NCBI GenBank assembly: GCA_964542165.1
Contig: CAZITQ010000015.1
Location: 3,047 to 67,046, forward strand
Direction of reading: 5' to 3'
DNA from: an uncultured Rickettsiales bacterium
GTDB lineage: Bacteria; Myxococcota_A; UBA796; UBA9615; CAYRNR01
Length of the DNA: 64,000 nucleotides
The translations under genes and the position numbers were made by a program. The notes under the pieces were generated by a model. That model was not told the DNA's origin, did not search any database, and worked only from the letters and a program-made list of their open reading frames with translations. Below are positions 46,579-55,664 of this stretch, in pieces (position 1 is the first letter of the stretch; each line of letters starts with the position of its first letter).

Positions 46579-47223
46579 ATGGAGTTCAACGCCGAGAAGC
46601 TGCTGATGGACCTCTTCCTCTCGGTGGGCGCCAAGTGGGTGTTGTGGCTGCTCATCGTCCTGTCGGTCCTGCTGGTGGTGATCGTGGTCGAGCGCTTCAT
46701 CTTCTTCATGCGCAACCGCGCGGACTTCACCCGCCTGTCCGTGACGGTCAACGAGCTGATGGCATCGGGGGACCTGGGCAGGTTCCAAAAGGCCATCGAA
46801 CCGTTCACGGGGGTCGAGGCCCTGGTCCTGCGGCGCTCCCTGCAGTCGGTGAGCCGGGGGGCGGAGTCGGTGGAAGAGGTGATGGACGGGGTCCTGTCGA
46901 TGGAGCGGGTGCGGATGGAGCGCGGCCTGACCTTCCTGGGCACGGTCGGCGCCAACGCGCCGTTCATCGGCCTGCTGGGCACCGTGCTGGGCATCATCCG
47001 CGCCTTCAGGGACCTGGCCGGTTCCATCGGAGAGGCCCAGGGGGCGTCGGCGGTGATGGCCGGCCTCTCCGAGGCCCTGGTCGCCACGGCAGCGGGGCTC
47101 TTCGTGGCCATCCCCGCCGTGGTCGCCTACAACTACTTCCAGCGCCATATCAAGGCGGTCATCAGCAACGCGGGGAGCATGAACCGCTTCGTGCTCTCGC
47201 AGATCCGCGGCAACGGGAGCTGA
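46579..47223 (+). CDS. exbB: MotA/TolQ/ExbB proton-channel protein
   Basis: Three TM helices. Conserved C-terminal core LGTVGANAPFIGLLGTVLGII...GLSEALVATAAGLFVAIPAVVAYNYF. Confidence 0.9.
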   Translation: MEFNAEKLLMDLFLSVGAKWVLWLLIVLSVLLVVIVVERFIFFMRNRADFTRLSVTVNELMASGDLGRFQKAIEPFTGVEALVLRRSLQSVSRGAESVEEVMDGVLSMERVRMERGLTFLGTVGANAPFIGLLGTVLGIIRAFRDLAGSIGEAQGASAVMAGLSEALVATAAGLFVAIPAVVAYNYFQRHIKAVISNAGSMNRFVLSQIRGNGS

Positions 47224-47229
47224 CCGACG

Positions 47230-47690
<461 letters not shown>

Positions 47691-47691
<1 letters not shown>

Positions 47692-48542
47692 TGGTCCAGG
47701 GAGGCCAGCTCCGCGTGATCGAGGGCGGCCAGGAGCCGGGCGATCCCGGTCCGGGTGGCGACCAGGCCCCGCAAGAGGAGCGCGCGGCAGCTCCGGTACT
47801 CCCGATCATCCCGCCTCCCAGCTACGCCGCCTTGTGGCTGATCCCCGCCGCGCTGTTCTCGCTGCTCCTCCACGGGGCACTCCTCTGGTTGGCCCTTCGC
47901 GCTCCCGAGCTCATCAGGGAGCGGGAGGACACCATCGTCCAGATGCTGGTGATCGAGACCCCGCCCGAGGTGGAAGAGGTCAAGGAGGTCCTGCCGGAGG
48001 AGGAGCTGCCCGAGGAGTCGACGACGCCCGAGCCCGAGGTCGTCGACTACCAGGACGCCGTGGTCGCCGATGCGCCTCCGCCGGATGCCCAGCCGTCCGA
48101 GGAGCAGCCGGCGGCACCCGTGTTCGGCGTCAGCATGTCGTCGACGGTGTCGGGGGGATCGAGCTGGGGACTTCAGGTGGGCAATACCGTCGCCATCAAG
48201 CCCGAGGACTCGGCGCAGGTGGACGATCCCTCGGACCTGGAGGCCCCCGTGGTGGCCTACCAGTTCATCGAGCGTGAACCGGTGGTGATCAAGCGCTTCG
48301 AACCCCCCTACCCCGACGGACCCAAGCAGGCGGGCATCGAGGGGGACGTGCTGCTCTACCTGACCATCGACCACGACGGCAACGTGACCGAGGCCAAGGT
48401 GGTCCGGGGACCGCACCCCGAGTTGAACGAGGCCGCACGCAAGGCCATGTTCAAGCACCGGTTCAAGCCCGCGATGAAGGGTGGCAAGCCGGTGACCGTC
48501 GAGCGCTTCCCCTACCAGTTCACCTGGATCATCGAGGAGTGA
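47691..48542 (+). CDS. tonB: TonB-family energy transducer
   Basis: The ATG overlaps the exbD stop (TGATG). One TM helix (LWLIPAALFSLLLHGALLWLAL), a Pro/Glu-rich spacer and a C-terminal TonB_C motif set (PPYPDGPKQAGIEGDVLLYLTIDHDGNVTEAKVV...FKPAMKGGKPV). Confidence 0.85.
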
Positions 48543-48601
48543 CCGCCCTGGCGCGTACGCGTGCGCTGGGGGACAATGGGGCGCTCTGGCGCGTCGTGCC
48601 C

Positions 48602-51589
48602 ATGCTGTACCGATTCCTGCCGATCCTGGTGTTCGCGTTGGTCCTCGGGCCGCGTGGCGCGTGGGGGCAGGAGGGGGACCAACCCGACGAAGAGGCGGAA
48701 GACACGGGCAGCGCGCTGCCTGTGGGCGCCGAGGCGGAGCCGGTCTGGCCCGTGCTTCCACCGGTGCTTCTCGAGCGCCCCGATCCCGTCTTCCCCGACG
48801 AAGCCCTCACCGCGGGGATCGAGGGGACGGTCGTGCTCCGCCTGGACGTGGCCGAGGACGGGACCGTCTCTACCGTCACGGTCGTCCGGGACCCGGGTCA
48901 CGGCCTGGCCGCGGCGGCGGAGGTCGCCGCGAGGGCCTCACGCTACGAGCCCGCCAACCAGCGGGGCCTCCCGGTGCCATTCACCGACCTGTACGTCTCC
49001 ATCCCCGTGGACCACCCGGACCTCGAGCCCCCTCCCCTCCCCACCGGCGAGATGGCCGACGTCCTGACCCGGGCGCCCGTGCCCGTGGAGACGCCCGCGG
49101 CGGTCTACCCGAAGGAGCTGAAGGAGGCCGGCGTCGAGGGCGTGGTCCAGATGGAGATCCTCATCGACGCCCGGGGCGAGGTCACCAACGTGCGGCTACT
49201 GGGTTCGGCGGGGAGCGCCTTCGACGTGGCGGCCCGGGACGCGGCCTGGACGTTCCGCTTCGAGCCCGGGTACGCCGGCGACATCCCGGTGCCTGTGAAC
49301 ATCACCTACGACTACGTGTTCGAGATCGAGGAGCAGGTGGTCGAGACGGTCGCCGAGACCGGGTACGACGAGGTGGACCCCGACGGCCCCGAGAACCTCG
49401 TGGGGATCGTCCGCGAGCGGGGCACACGCAACCCGATGCCGGAGGTCGAGGTCCACATCGAGGAGTTCGACCTCAGCGTGACCAGCGGCCCCGACGGGCG
49501 CTTCGCGTTCCGCGGGATCCCGGTGGGCACCTGGCACATCCTGATCCTGGCGCCCGGGTACGAACCCTTCCGGACCGAGGAGGACATCGTCCAGGGTCAG
49601 CTCACCGACGTGATCTACTTCGTGCGGCCCTCACCGGTGGGCCTCAACCGCACGGTGGTCCGGGTCAAGAAGGAGCGCAAGGAGGTCAGCCGGACCACCC
49701 TGACGATCGAGGAGATCCAGCAGGTCGCCGGGACCTTCGGCGACCCCATCAAGGTGGTGCAGAACCTGCCGGGCGTGGCCCGCAGCCCCTTCGACTTCGG
49801 CCTGCTGGTCGTCCGAGGCTCCGGCCCGGAGGACACCGGCGAATACGTGGACGGGATCCGGGTCCCGCTGCTCTACCACTTCGGCGGATTCCGCTCGGTG
49901 ATCACGCCGATCATGATCGACTCCATCGACTTCTACCCCGGCGGGTACAGCGTTCGATGGGGCCGCACCATGGGCGGTGTGATGAACGTCACGACCCGCC
50001 GGGAATGGCCCGACCAGGTCCACGGGCTCGCGCGCGTCGACCTGATCGACGCCGAGGCGGCGCTCATCGGCCCGTTCAAGAAGGACGGCGAGAAGGTCGG
50101 CGGGTTCGGCGTCGCCGGGCGTCGGAGCTACATCGATCTCATGCTCCCGGCCCTGGCGCCGCCCTCGGTGGACCTGACCAACACGGTCCTGCCCCAGTGG
50201 TGGGACGCCCAGATCAAGCTGGCGGTGTCCCCCTCCCCGCGGGTCGACCTGTGGACCTACATCTACGCCAGCGACGACCAGACCTCCACCACCAGCGATC
50301 GGCCCAGCAGCGCCCAGTTCGCCGACTCGGGCGGATTCGCGGGGTTCCGCACCAGCTTCTTCCGGGCCACGGCGGGCGGCGCCCTGCGTCCCCACGACGC
50401 CCTGAATGTGGACTGGACCTTCGGCTACAGCTACGACGCGATCCGGATGTCTCTGGGTACGGCCTTCGGAGGCGGGACGGCGTCGGACTTCTATTACGGC
50501 CGTGCCGAGGCCACCTGGGCCCCCAGGGAATGGGGATCGGCCCACCTGGGGATCGACTACGCCGGCGGCAAGGACCGGTTCGAGATCTTCACCACGGCCA
50601 CCGAGCAGTTGCTGGCCGGTGACCCGACCCAGGAGTCAGAGACCCTGGTGATCGTGGGCGACATCACCGGCCACGCGCCGGCGGTCTACCTCGAAGGGGT
50701 GTTCACCCCGCTGCTGGACGACCGGTTGAAGATCATCCCCGGGATCCGGTTCGACTACTACTGGCTGAAGCAGGGCACGAGCTTCTCCAGTTGGGATCCG
50801 CGGCTGGCCGTGCGGGCCCAGGTGCACAAGAACACGGTGCTCAAGGGCGCCGTCGGCCTGTTCCACCAGAACCCGCAGCCCTGGGAGTTCTTCGAGGGCA
50901 TCGGCAACCCCGACCTGGACCCGGAGAGTTCCCCTCAGGTCGTCGTCGGGATCGAGCAGCAGTTCACCCCCTTCCTCGGCCTGGACGCCCAGTTCTTCTA
51001 CAAGTCGATGGACAACCTGGTCGTCACGGTCTTCGACGAGGTGTCGTCCGCCGAAGACGTGTGGCGCAACGGCGGGGTCGGACGGGTGATCGGCGGCGAG
51101 TTCTTCCTCCGCTGGAAGCCCCACCGCAACTTCATGGGCTGGATCGCCTACACCGTGTCCAACAGCACCCGGCGGGATCAGCCCGGGGACGACTGGTACC
51201 TGTTCGAGTTCGACCAGCCCCACATCCTCGATGTGGTCGCCAGCTACCAGTTCCCCTACGAGATCACCGTCGGGTTCCGGTTCCGACTGGTCTCCGGCAA
51301 CCCCACGACCCCCTACATGGGCGCCATGTTCGACTCGGACGTCCCGGGGTACATGGGCCTGTTCGGGGAGTACAACTCGCGGCGAATGCCCCCCTTCCAC
51401 CAGCTGGACGTTCGCTTCGAGAAGGCGTTCATCTTCCGCCGCTGGCGGCTCCAGGCCTACCTGGAGATCATGAACCTCTACAACCGCCAGAACCCGGAGT
51501 TCGAGATCTACAACTTCGACTACACGGAGAAGGACGCCCTCAACGGATTGCCCTTCATCCCCAACCTCGGCCTGAGGGCGGAATTCTGA
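48602..51589 (+). CDS. TonB-dependent receptor-like outer-membrane protein with two N-terminal TonB_C-like modules and a CarboxypepD_reg-like domain
   Basis: Signal peptide MLYRFLPILVFALVLGPRGAWGQ. TonB_C-like 1 reads PVFPDEALTAGIEGTVVLRLDVAEDGTVSTVTVV...YEPANQRGLPVP. TonB_C-like 2 reads AVYPKELKEAGVEGVVQMEILIDARGEVTNVRLL...FEPGYAGDIPVP. Carboxypeptidase-regulatory-like segment VSGPDGRFAFRGIPVGTWHILILAPGYEP. Plug segment GDPIKVVQNLPGVARS...LVVRGSGPEDTGEYVDGIRV. Long beta-barrel ending ...NLGLRAEF. Confidence 0.85.
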   Translation: MLYRFLPILVFALVLGPRGAWGQEGDQPDEEAEDTGSALPVGAEAEPVWPVLPPVLLERPDPVFPDEALTAGIEGTVVLRLDVAEDGTVSTVTVVRDPGHGLAAAAEVAARASRYEPANQRGLPVPFTDLYVSIPVDHPDLEPPPLPTGEMADVLTRAPVPVETPAAVYPKELKEAGVEGVVQMEILIDARGEVTNVRLLGSAGSAFDVAARDAAWTFRFEPGYAGDIPVPVNITYDYVFEIEEQVVETVAETGYDEVDPDGPENLVGIVRERGTRNPMPEVEVHIEEFDLSVTSGPDGRFAFRGIPVGTWHILILAPGYEPFRTEEDIVQGQLTDVIYFVRPSPVGLNRTVVRVKKERKEVSRTTLTIEEIQQVAGTFGDPIKVVQNLPGVARSPFDFGLLVVRGSGPEDTGEYVDGIRVPLLYHFGGFRSVITPIMIDSIDFYPGGYSVRWGRTMGGVMNVTTRREWPDQVHGLARVDLIDAEAALIGPFKKDGEKVGGFGVAGRRSYIDLMLPALAPPSVDLTNTVLPQWWDAQIKLAVSPSPRVDLWTYIYASDDQTSTTSDRPSSAQFADSGGFAGFRTSFFRATAGGALRPHDALNVDWTFGYSYDAIRMSLGTAFGGGTASDFYYGRAEATWAPREWGSAHLGIDYAGGKDRFEIFTTATEQLLAGDPTQESETLVIVGDITGHAPAVYLEGVFTPLLDDRLKIIPGIRFDYYWLKQGTSFSSWDPRLAVRAQVHKNTVLKGAVGLFHQNPQPWEFFEGIGNPDLDPESSPQVVVGIEQQFTPFLGLDAQFFYKSMDNLVVTVFDEVSSAEDVWRNGGVGRVIGGEFFLRWKPHRNFMGWIAYTVSNSTRRDQPGDDWYLFEFDQPHILDVVASYQFPYEITVGFRFRLVSGNPTTPYMGAMFDSDVPGYMGLFGEYNSRRMPPFHQLDVRFEKAFIFRRWRLQAYLEIMNLYNRQNPEFEIYNFDYTEKDALNGLPFIPNLGLRAEF

Positions 51590-52665
51590 TGCCTCGCCCC
51601 CTTGCCCCTGCCCTTGCCCTTGCCCTTGCCCTCTCCCTCTCCCTGGCCGGCTGCGATCCCCCGGACCTCACCCCGGCCTCCGAGGTCATCCGCCTCCGTG
51701 TCCTCGCCATCGAGACCGATCCCCCGGAGGTCGCGTTCGGCGACACGGTGCGGCTGAGCCCGGTGATCGCCGATCCCTGGAACGAGGGCTACTCCCCCCA
51801 GTGGATGCCCTGCATCGAGACCAGCCTGGGCGGGTTCGTGGCCTGCGACTTCGAGAACATGCTCGTCGATCTGACGAACCCCTTCTCCCTCGCGGCGCTG
51901 ACCCAGGAGGAGTTGGAGTTCACGGTCGACCAGGAGGAGGTCGCATCCCTGATGGCGGAGATGGACGCCCTGGACCGGGCGGACGGCCTGTCCCTGCAGT
52001 TCATCCTGATGCTCTTCCCCCGGGGCAAGACCATCCTCGACTACATGCCCGAGTTCGACCTGGAGCGCATCGACGACCCGGACTACCTCGAGGAGTATGG
52101 CGAACAGTCCACCGAGGCGTTCAACACGGTCTTCGAGGCGCTGATGCGCCAGAGCCGGATCGCCTTCAAGCGGGTGATCGTCAGCGACCTGGACTCGGTG
52201 GGCATCGCCATGCACGAGGAGGGCGAGTGTGCGGACCTTCCCGGGCTGCTGCCGAACCGGGCGCCCGTCCTGGGTGGGGTGGTCACCGTGGACGAGAACG
52301 TGGAGCTGGCCCTCCCCTCCGGCGTCACCATCGACGTGCCCCTGGGCGAGACCCTCGGCCTCGAGCCCCTGTGGAATCCGGACGACCAGGAGGCCTACTA
52401 CCACGTGGCCTGGGGCGGGGAGACCGAGTGCCGGATCGAGTCGCCGTTCTTCGCCTGGTACGCCACCGGCGGCAGCTTCGCCGACGAGGACGGATTCGGC
52501 ATCGACTCGTCGTTCCTCGCCGAGAACGGCCTCCCGGACACCGTCCAGTGGCGGGCCCCCACCTCCATCCCCGAACGCAACCCGGTAGACGCGTGGATCG
52601 TGGTCTGGGACCGCCGCGGAGGGGTCCACCACGTGGCATTCCATCTGGATGTGATCGAAGAGTAA
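51589..52665 (+). CDS. Hypothetical lipoprotein translationally coupled to the receptor gene
   Basis: The ATG overlaps the receptor stop (TGATG at 51587-51591). MPRPLAPALALALALSLSLAGC has a lipobox. Acidic, no domain recognised. It corresponds to the 3' part of track ORF 50791-52665. Confidence 0.65.
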   Translation: MPRPLAPALALALALSLSLAGCDPPDLTPASEVIRLRVLAIETDPPEVAFGDTVRLSPVIADPWNEGYSPQWMPCIETSLGGFVACDFENMLVDLTNPFSLAALTQEELEFTVDQEEVASLMAEMDALDRADGLSLQFILMLFPRGKTILDYMPEFDLERIDDPDYLEEYGEQSTEAFNTVFEALMRQSRIAFKRVIVSDLDSVGIAMHEEGECADLPGLLPNRAPVLGGVVTVDENVELALPSGVTIDVPLGETLGLEPLWNPDDQEAYYHVAWGGETECRIESPFFAWYATGGSFADEDGFGIDSSFLAENGLPDTVQWRAPTSIPERNPVDAWIVVWDRRGGVHHVAFHLDVIEE

Positions 52666-52727
52666 GGGGACGTACGTAAGTTGTTAACTTGCGTGCCCGC
52701 AAGTTAACAACTTACGTACGGCCCCTT
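52664..52727. terminator. Long AT-rich perfect palindrome/hairpin between convergent genes (putative bidirectional terminator)
   Basis: The 23-nt arms cgtacgtaagttgttaacttgcg (52671-52693) and cgcaagttaacaacttacgtacg (52698-52720) are exact reverse complements around a 4-nt loop tgcc. The stem extends via aagggg/cccctt with one A-G mismatch. It starts inside the TAA stop of the upstream gene. Confidence 0.6.
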
Positions 52728-52744
52728 TCCCCGTCCCCTTTCCC

Positions 52745-53185
52745 TTACCCCCCGACCCGGTAGCTCCCCGACACCACGGTCGCGAAGTCCTCGCAACGGG
52801 CGCGCCCCAGGCGTACGCCCTCCCGACAGCCGGTGCCGTAGACGACCGAGATGCGGAAGATGCCCTTCCCCAGGGCCTCACCGGAGGTGTACGTCAACTC
52901 GTGGGTCCCTTCGGGCAGGGCCTGGGCGACGCCCTCCCACTTGCAGGCCTCCCGTTCCACGCGCGCGTACGATTCTTCCTGGAACGTCTCCACCTCGAAG
53001 GGATGGCACCCGGGCACGAAGATCGTGCCGCCCGAGTCGTTCTGGATGACGACCTTCACCTCGGCCCCCTGGGCGTAGACCTCCTGAGCAGTCGAGACGC
53101 TCACGGCGTCTGCGGAGACCGCCATCGAAGGGAACGCGAACAGGGCCGCAACGACCCAAGGTGTCAGGGGGAACTGGATTCGCAT
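52745..53185 (-). CDS. Small secreted Cys-containing hypothetical protein
   Basis: ATG (complement of 53183-53185) lies 5 nt after GGAGGAGG. Signal peptide MRIQFPLTPWVVAALFAFPSMAVSA. Beta-rich 146 aa with four Cys. The upstream 70 codons of track ORF 52745-53395 are junk. Confidence 0.6.
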   Translation of the reverse strand: MRIQFPLTPWVVAALFAFPSMAVSADAVSVSTAQEVYAQGAEVKVVIQNDSGGTIFVPGCHPFEVETFQEESYARVEREACKWEGVAQALPEGTHELTYTSGEALGKGIFRISVVYGTGCREGVRLGRARCEDFATVVSGSYRVGG

Positions 53186-53820
53186 GGGGTCCTCCTCCGC
53201 ACTCGCCACGGTTATATCGCCGCCCCGCCGACCCGGGCAAGGCCGCGCCCCGCCGCCCGACGTTCCTGCGCGGGCGCAACGCACGCTGCGCGCGGGCGGC
53301 CGCGCGGACGAGACAGACAGCCGTTTTTCCGTTGAATTCCAGGAAGTTAGATACCGACCCTCCCGCCCACGCACGGGGGCCCGTTCCCTTGACACACTTT
53401 CTCGACGTCAGGTAGAACGGCCGCTGCGCAGGAAGATGGTAGCTATCGTCCGCCTGGTCGAGTCCAACACCCTTTGGGTCTGTCCGGCGGCGCCGGCAGC
53501 CCCAACGGGGCGGGTTGCTGCTCACCGGCCCACGCCGGCAGCAGAACCGCGCCATGGCAGGCTTCATGCCTCGACGAATCGTGATACCTTCCGAAACCGA
53601 CGAACGGTATGATGCCGGTGTTCTGGCATCAAAGGCGAAAAAAGCCGAGTCCTCACGCGTAGTTGCGCGGGGCCGGGTGTAGACGCGGACAGAAGGACGG
53701 AGGCGGGAAGAACGTCAACCGACTGTCAAACATGTAACCAGTCGGCCCGCCATTCGTTGACGAACCAGAGCACGGGGTTCCCCCAGGACCTCGGAGCTCC
53801 GTGCATGAAGGAGTGCAACC

Positions 53821-54681
53821 ATGCGCGGTTGGCCCTTGCTGCTGACGCTGCTGTTGACCATCGGTCTGATGGCTCCCGCCTACGGGGCGCCTCGGGGCGA
53901 CGATGACGATGACGAGGGCGGTACCACCGTCGTCACATCGCGGGGGCCGGAGAAGAAGGGGCTGCAGGTCCGCTCCAAATTCTTCCGGAAGAAGGGGCGT
54001 GTCGAGATCACGCCCAACTTCGGGTACATCACCAACAACGAGTTCAACCAGGACATGTCCGCTGGACTCGACGTGGCGATCCACCTCTCCGAGCGCTTCG
54101 CCATCGAGATCGGCGGCCAGTACGCCTTCCTCGGCGCCACCAACCAGAAGGATCTGGCGGCGGCGGTGCTCTCGCTGACCGACCCCAACATGCTCGAGGC
54201 GACCGACCCGGGGGTCTTCGCCCACGTGGGCGTTCTCTGGAGCCCCATGTACGGGAAGATCAACCCGATGGGGATGGCGGTCATCAACCTCGACTTCTTC
54301 TTGGCCCTCGGGCTCGGCTACGAGTACGAGGAGGTCGAGATCCTGCGGATGGACTGGGGCACGGGCACCGGGATGGTGGACAACAAGTTCCAGAACCATC
54401 TGATCCCGCTCCACCTGGGCGTGGGGATGAAGATCTTCGCCTCGCGCGGATTCAGCATCCGCATCGACGGTCGGTTCTACCTGACCATCGACCAGATCCT
54501 GGACTTCAAGGATCCCCACAGCGCGCAGGCCAACCGGAACCTGCTCAACGACAATCCGTACACCAATCGGCTGGACTGCGGCGTGAACTCCAGCGCCCAG
54601 TGCATCACCACCCTCAACAACACCTTCATCGTCTCCGTCGGTGCCAGCATCTGGGCGCCCAAGATGAAGTCCGATGACTAG
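53821..54681 (+). CDS. GltA/GltB (NfsA/NfsB)-type outer-membrane beta-barrel protein, copy 1
   Basis: Signal peptide MRGWPLLLTLLLTIGLMAPAYGA, an acidic stretch, then KFFRKKGRVEITPNFGYITNNEF... and a beta-strand pattern typical of the myxobacterial GltA/B barrel family. Paralogous to the next gene. Confidence 0.75.
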   Translation: MRGWPLLLTLLLTIGLMAPAYGAPRGDDDDDEGGTTVVTSRGPEKKGLQVRSKFFRKKGRVEITPNFGYITNNEFNQDMSAGLDVAIHLSERFAIEIGGQYAFLGATNQKDLAAAVLSLTDPNMLEATDPGVFAHVGVLWSPMYGKINPMGMAVINLDFFLALGLGYEYEEVEILRMDWGTGTGMVDNKFQNHLIPLHLGVGMKIFASRGFSIRIDGRFYLTIDQILDFKDPHSAQANRNLLNDNPYTNRLDCGVNSSAQCITTLNNTFIVSVGASIWAPKMKSDD

Positions 54682-54694
54682 GGGAGGTAGAGCC

Positions 54695-55555
54695 GTGCGG
54701 AATTCGAACATGACCGAGCCCACCCGCTTCCTGCTCCCCGCCATCGCCCTGCTGGCCATGGCCCTGGCGCCCTGCTGGGCGGCCAAGGCGGCGCCGACGC
54801 CGGACGTGTCGTCGCTGGTCGACATGTCGTTGCTGGACATGGCCACCGCCGAACAGGCGCGGGACGACGACGAGGACGACGAGGAGCGGAGCGACTCCCG
54901 CAGCGCCACCGGCCGCAAGCGAATCATCAAGGTCGTCCAGCGCCGTCACTTCCTCAAGCTGGGCCGGGTCGAGGCGACCATCCCCTCCATCGGGATGGTG
55001 ACCAACGACCCCTTCCTGCGCCGCATCCTGTTCGCCGGCCGGTTCGAGGTCCACATGACCGAGATCTCGAGCATCGGCGCCTACCTGGCCTTCTCCCCGA
55101 ATCTGGGGGAGAGCGACCTGAAGCAGCTCACCAGCCAGATGCAGACCCGCAAGGAGGTCGTGCCCGACATCTCGCGGATCATGTTCGTGGGCATCGTGGA
55201 CGTGGGTTTCTCCCCGATCTTCGGGAAGGTCGAGCTGGGGACCACCCGGATCATCAACTACGACATCTACTTCTCCGCCGGTGCCGGCGTCCTCTACACC
55301 AAGGACGACGAGGAGCTGGTCAAGGGTGGCGACGAGAAGTACCGCAGTCAGATCCATCCGGTGACGAGCCTCTCGTTCGGGTTCCGGATCGCGTTCAACG
55401 AGTGGTTCGGCGTCCGACTCGAAGGTCGCCTGCTCACCCACATCGAGCAGGTCGACCGCGCCGAGGGGCTGAACCTGGAGATGAAGAACAACTTCGCCGT
55501 GCAGTTCGGGCCGAGCTTCTTCCTGCCCCCGAAGATGAAGCAGCTGGCCCACTGA
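54695..55555 (+). CDS. GltA/GltB (NfsA/NfsB)-type outer-membrane beta-barrel protein, copy 2
   Basis: GTG 54695 lies 7 nt after GGGGAGG (54681-54687); the track ORF starts at ATG 54674. Signal LLPAIALLAMALAPCWAAKA, an acidic stretch, then RRHFLKLGRVEATIPSIGMVTNDPF... parallel to copy 1. Both copies are 286 aa with the chosen starts. Confidence 0.75.
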   Translation: MRNSNMTEPTRFLLPAIALLAMALAPCWAAKAAPTPDVSSLVDMSLLDMATAEQARDDDEDDEERSDSRSATGRKRIIKVVQRRHFLKLGRVEATIPSIGMVTNDPFLRRILFAGRFEVHMTEISSIGAYLAFSPNLGESDLKQLTSQMQTRKEVVPDISRIMFVGIVDVGFSPIFGKVELGTTRIINYDIYFSAGAGVLYTKDDEELVKGGDEKYRSQIHPVTSLSFGFRIAFNEWFGVRLEGRLLTHIEQVDRAEGLNLEMKNNFAVQFGPSFFLPPKMKQLAH

Positions 55556-55664
55556 GACGAGCGAGGGAGGACGGCCGAGCGCCGTCCGGTGCGAACGAGA
55601 CGGAGTAACGATCCCGGCGGACGGGCGTCGAGACGCCGCGCCCGCCGGAGAAACGGGAAGAGTG

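Noticed and set aside
53624-53640. Sigma-54 type promoter (TGGCAT...GC) upstream of the Glt/Nfs-like cluster
   Set aside because: The GC dinucleotide is 2 nt out of register with the TGGCAC-N5-TTGC consensus, and there is no TTGC element.
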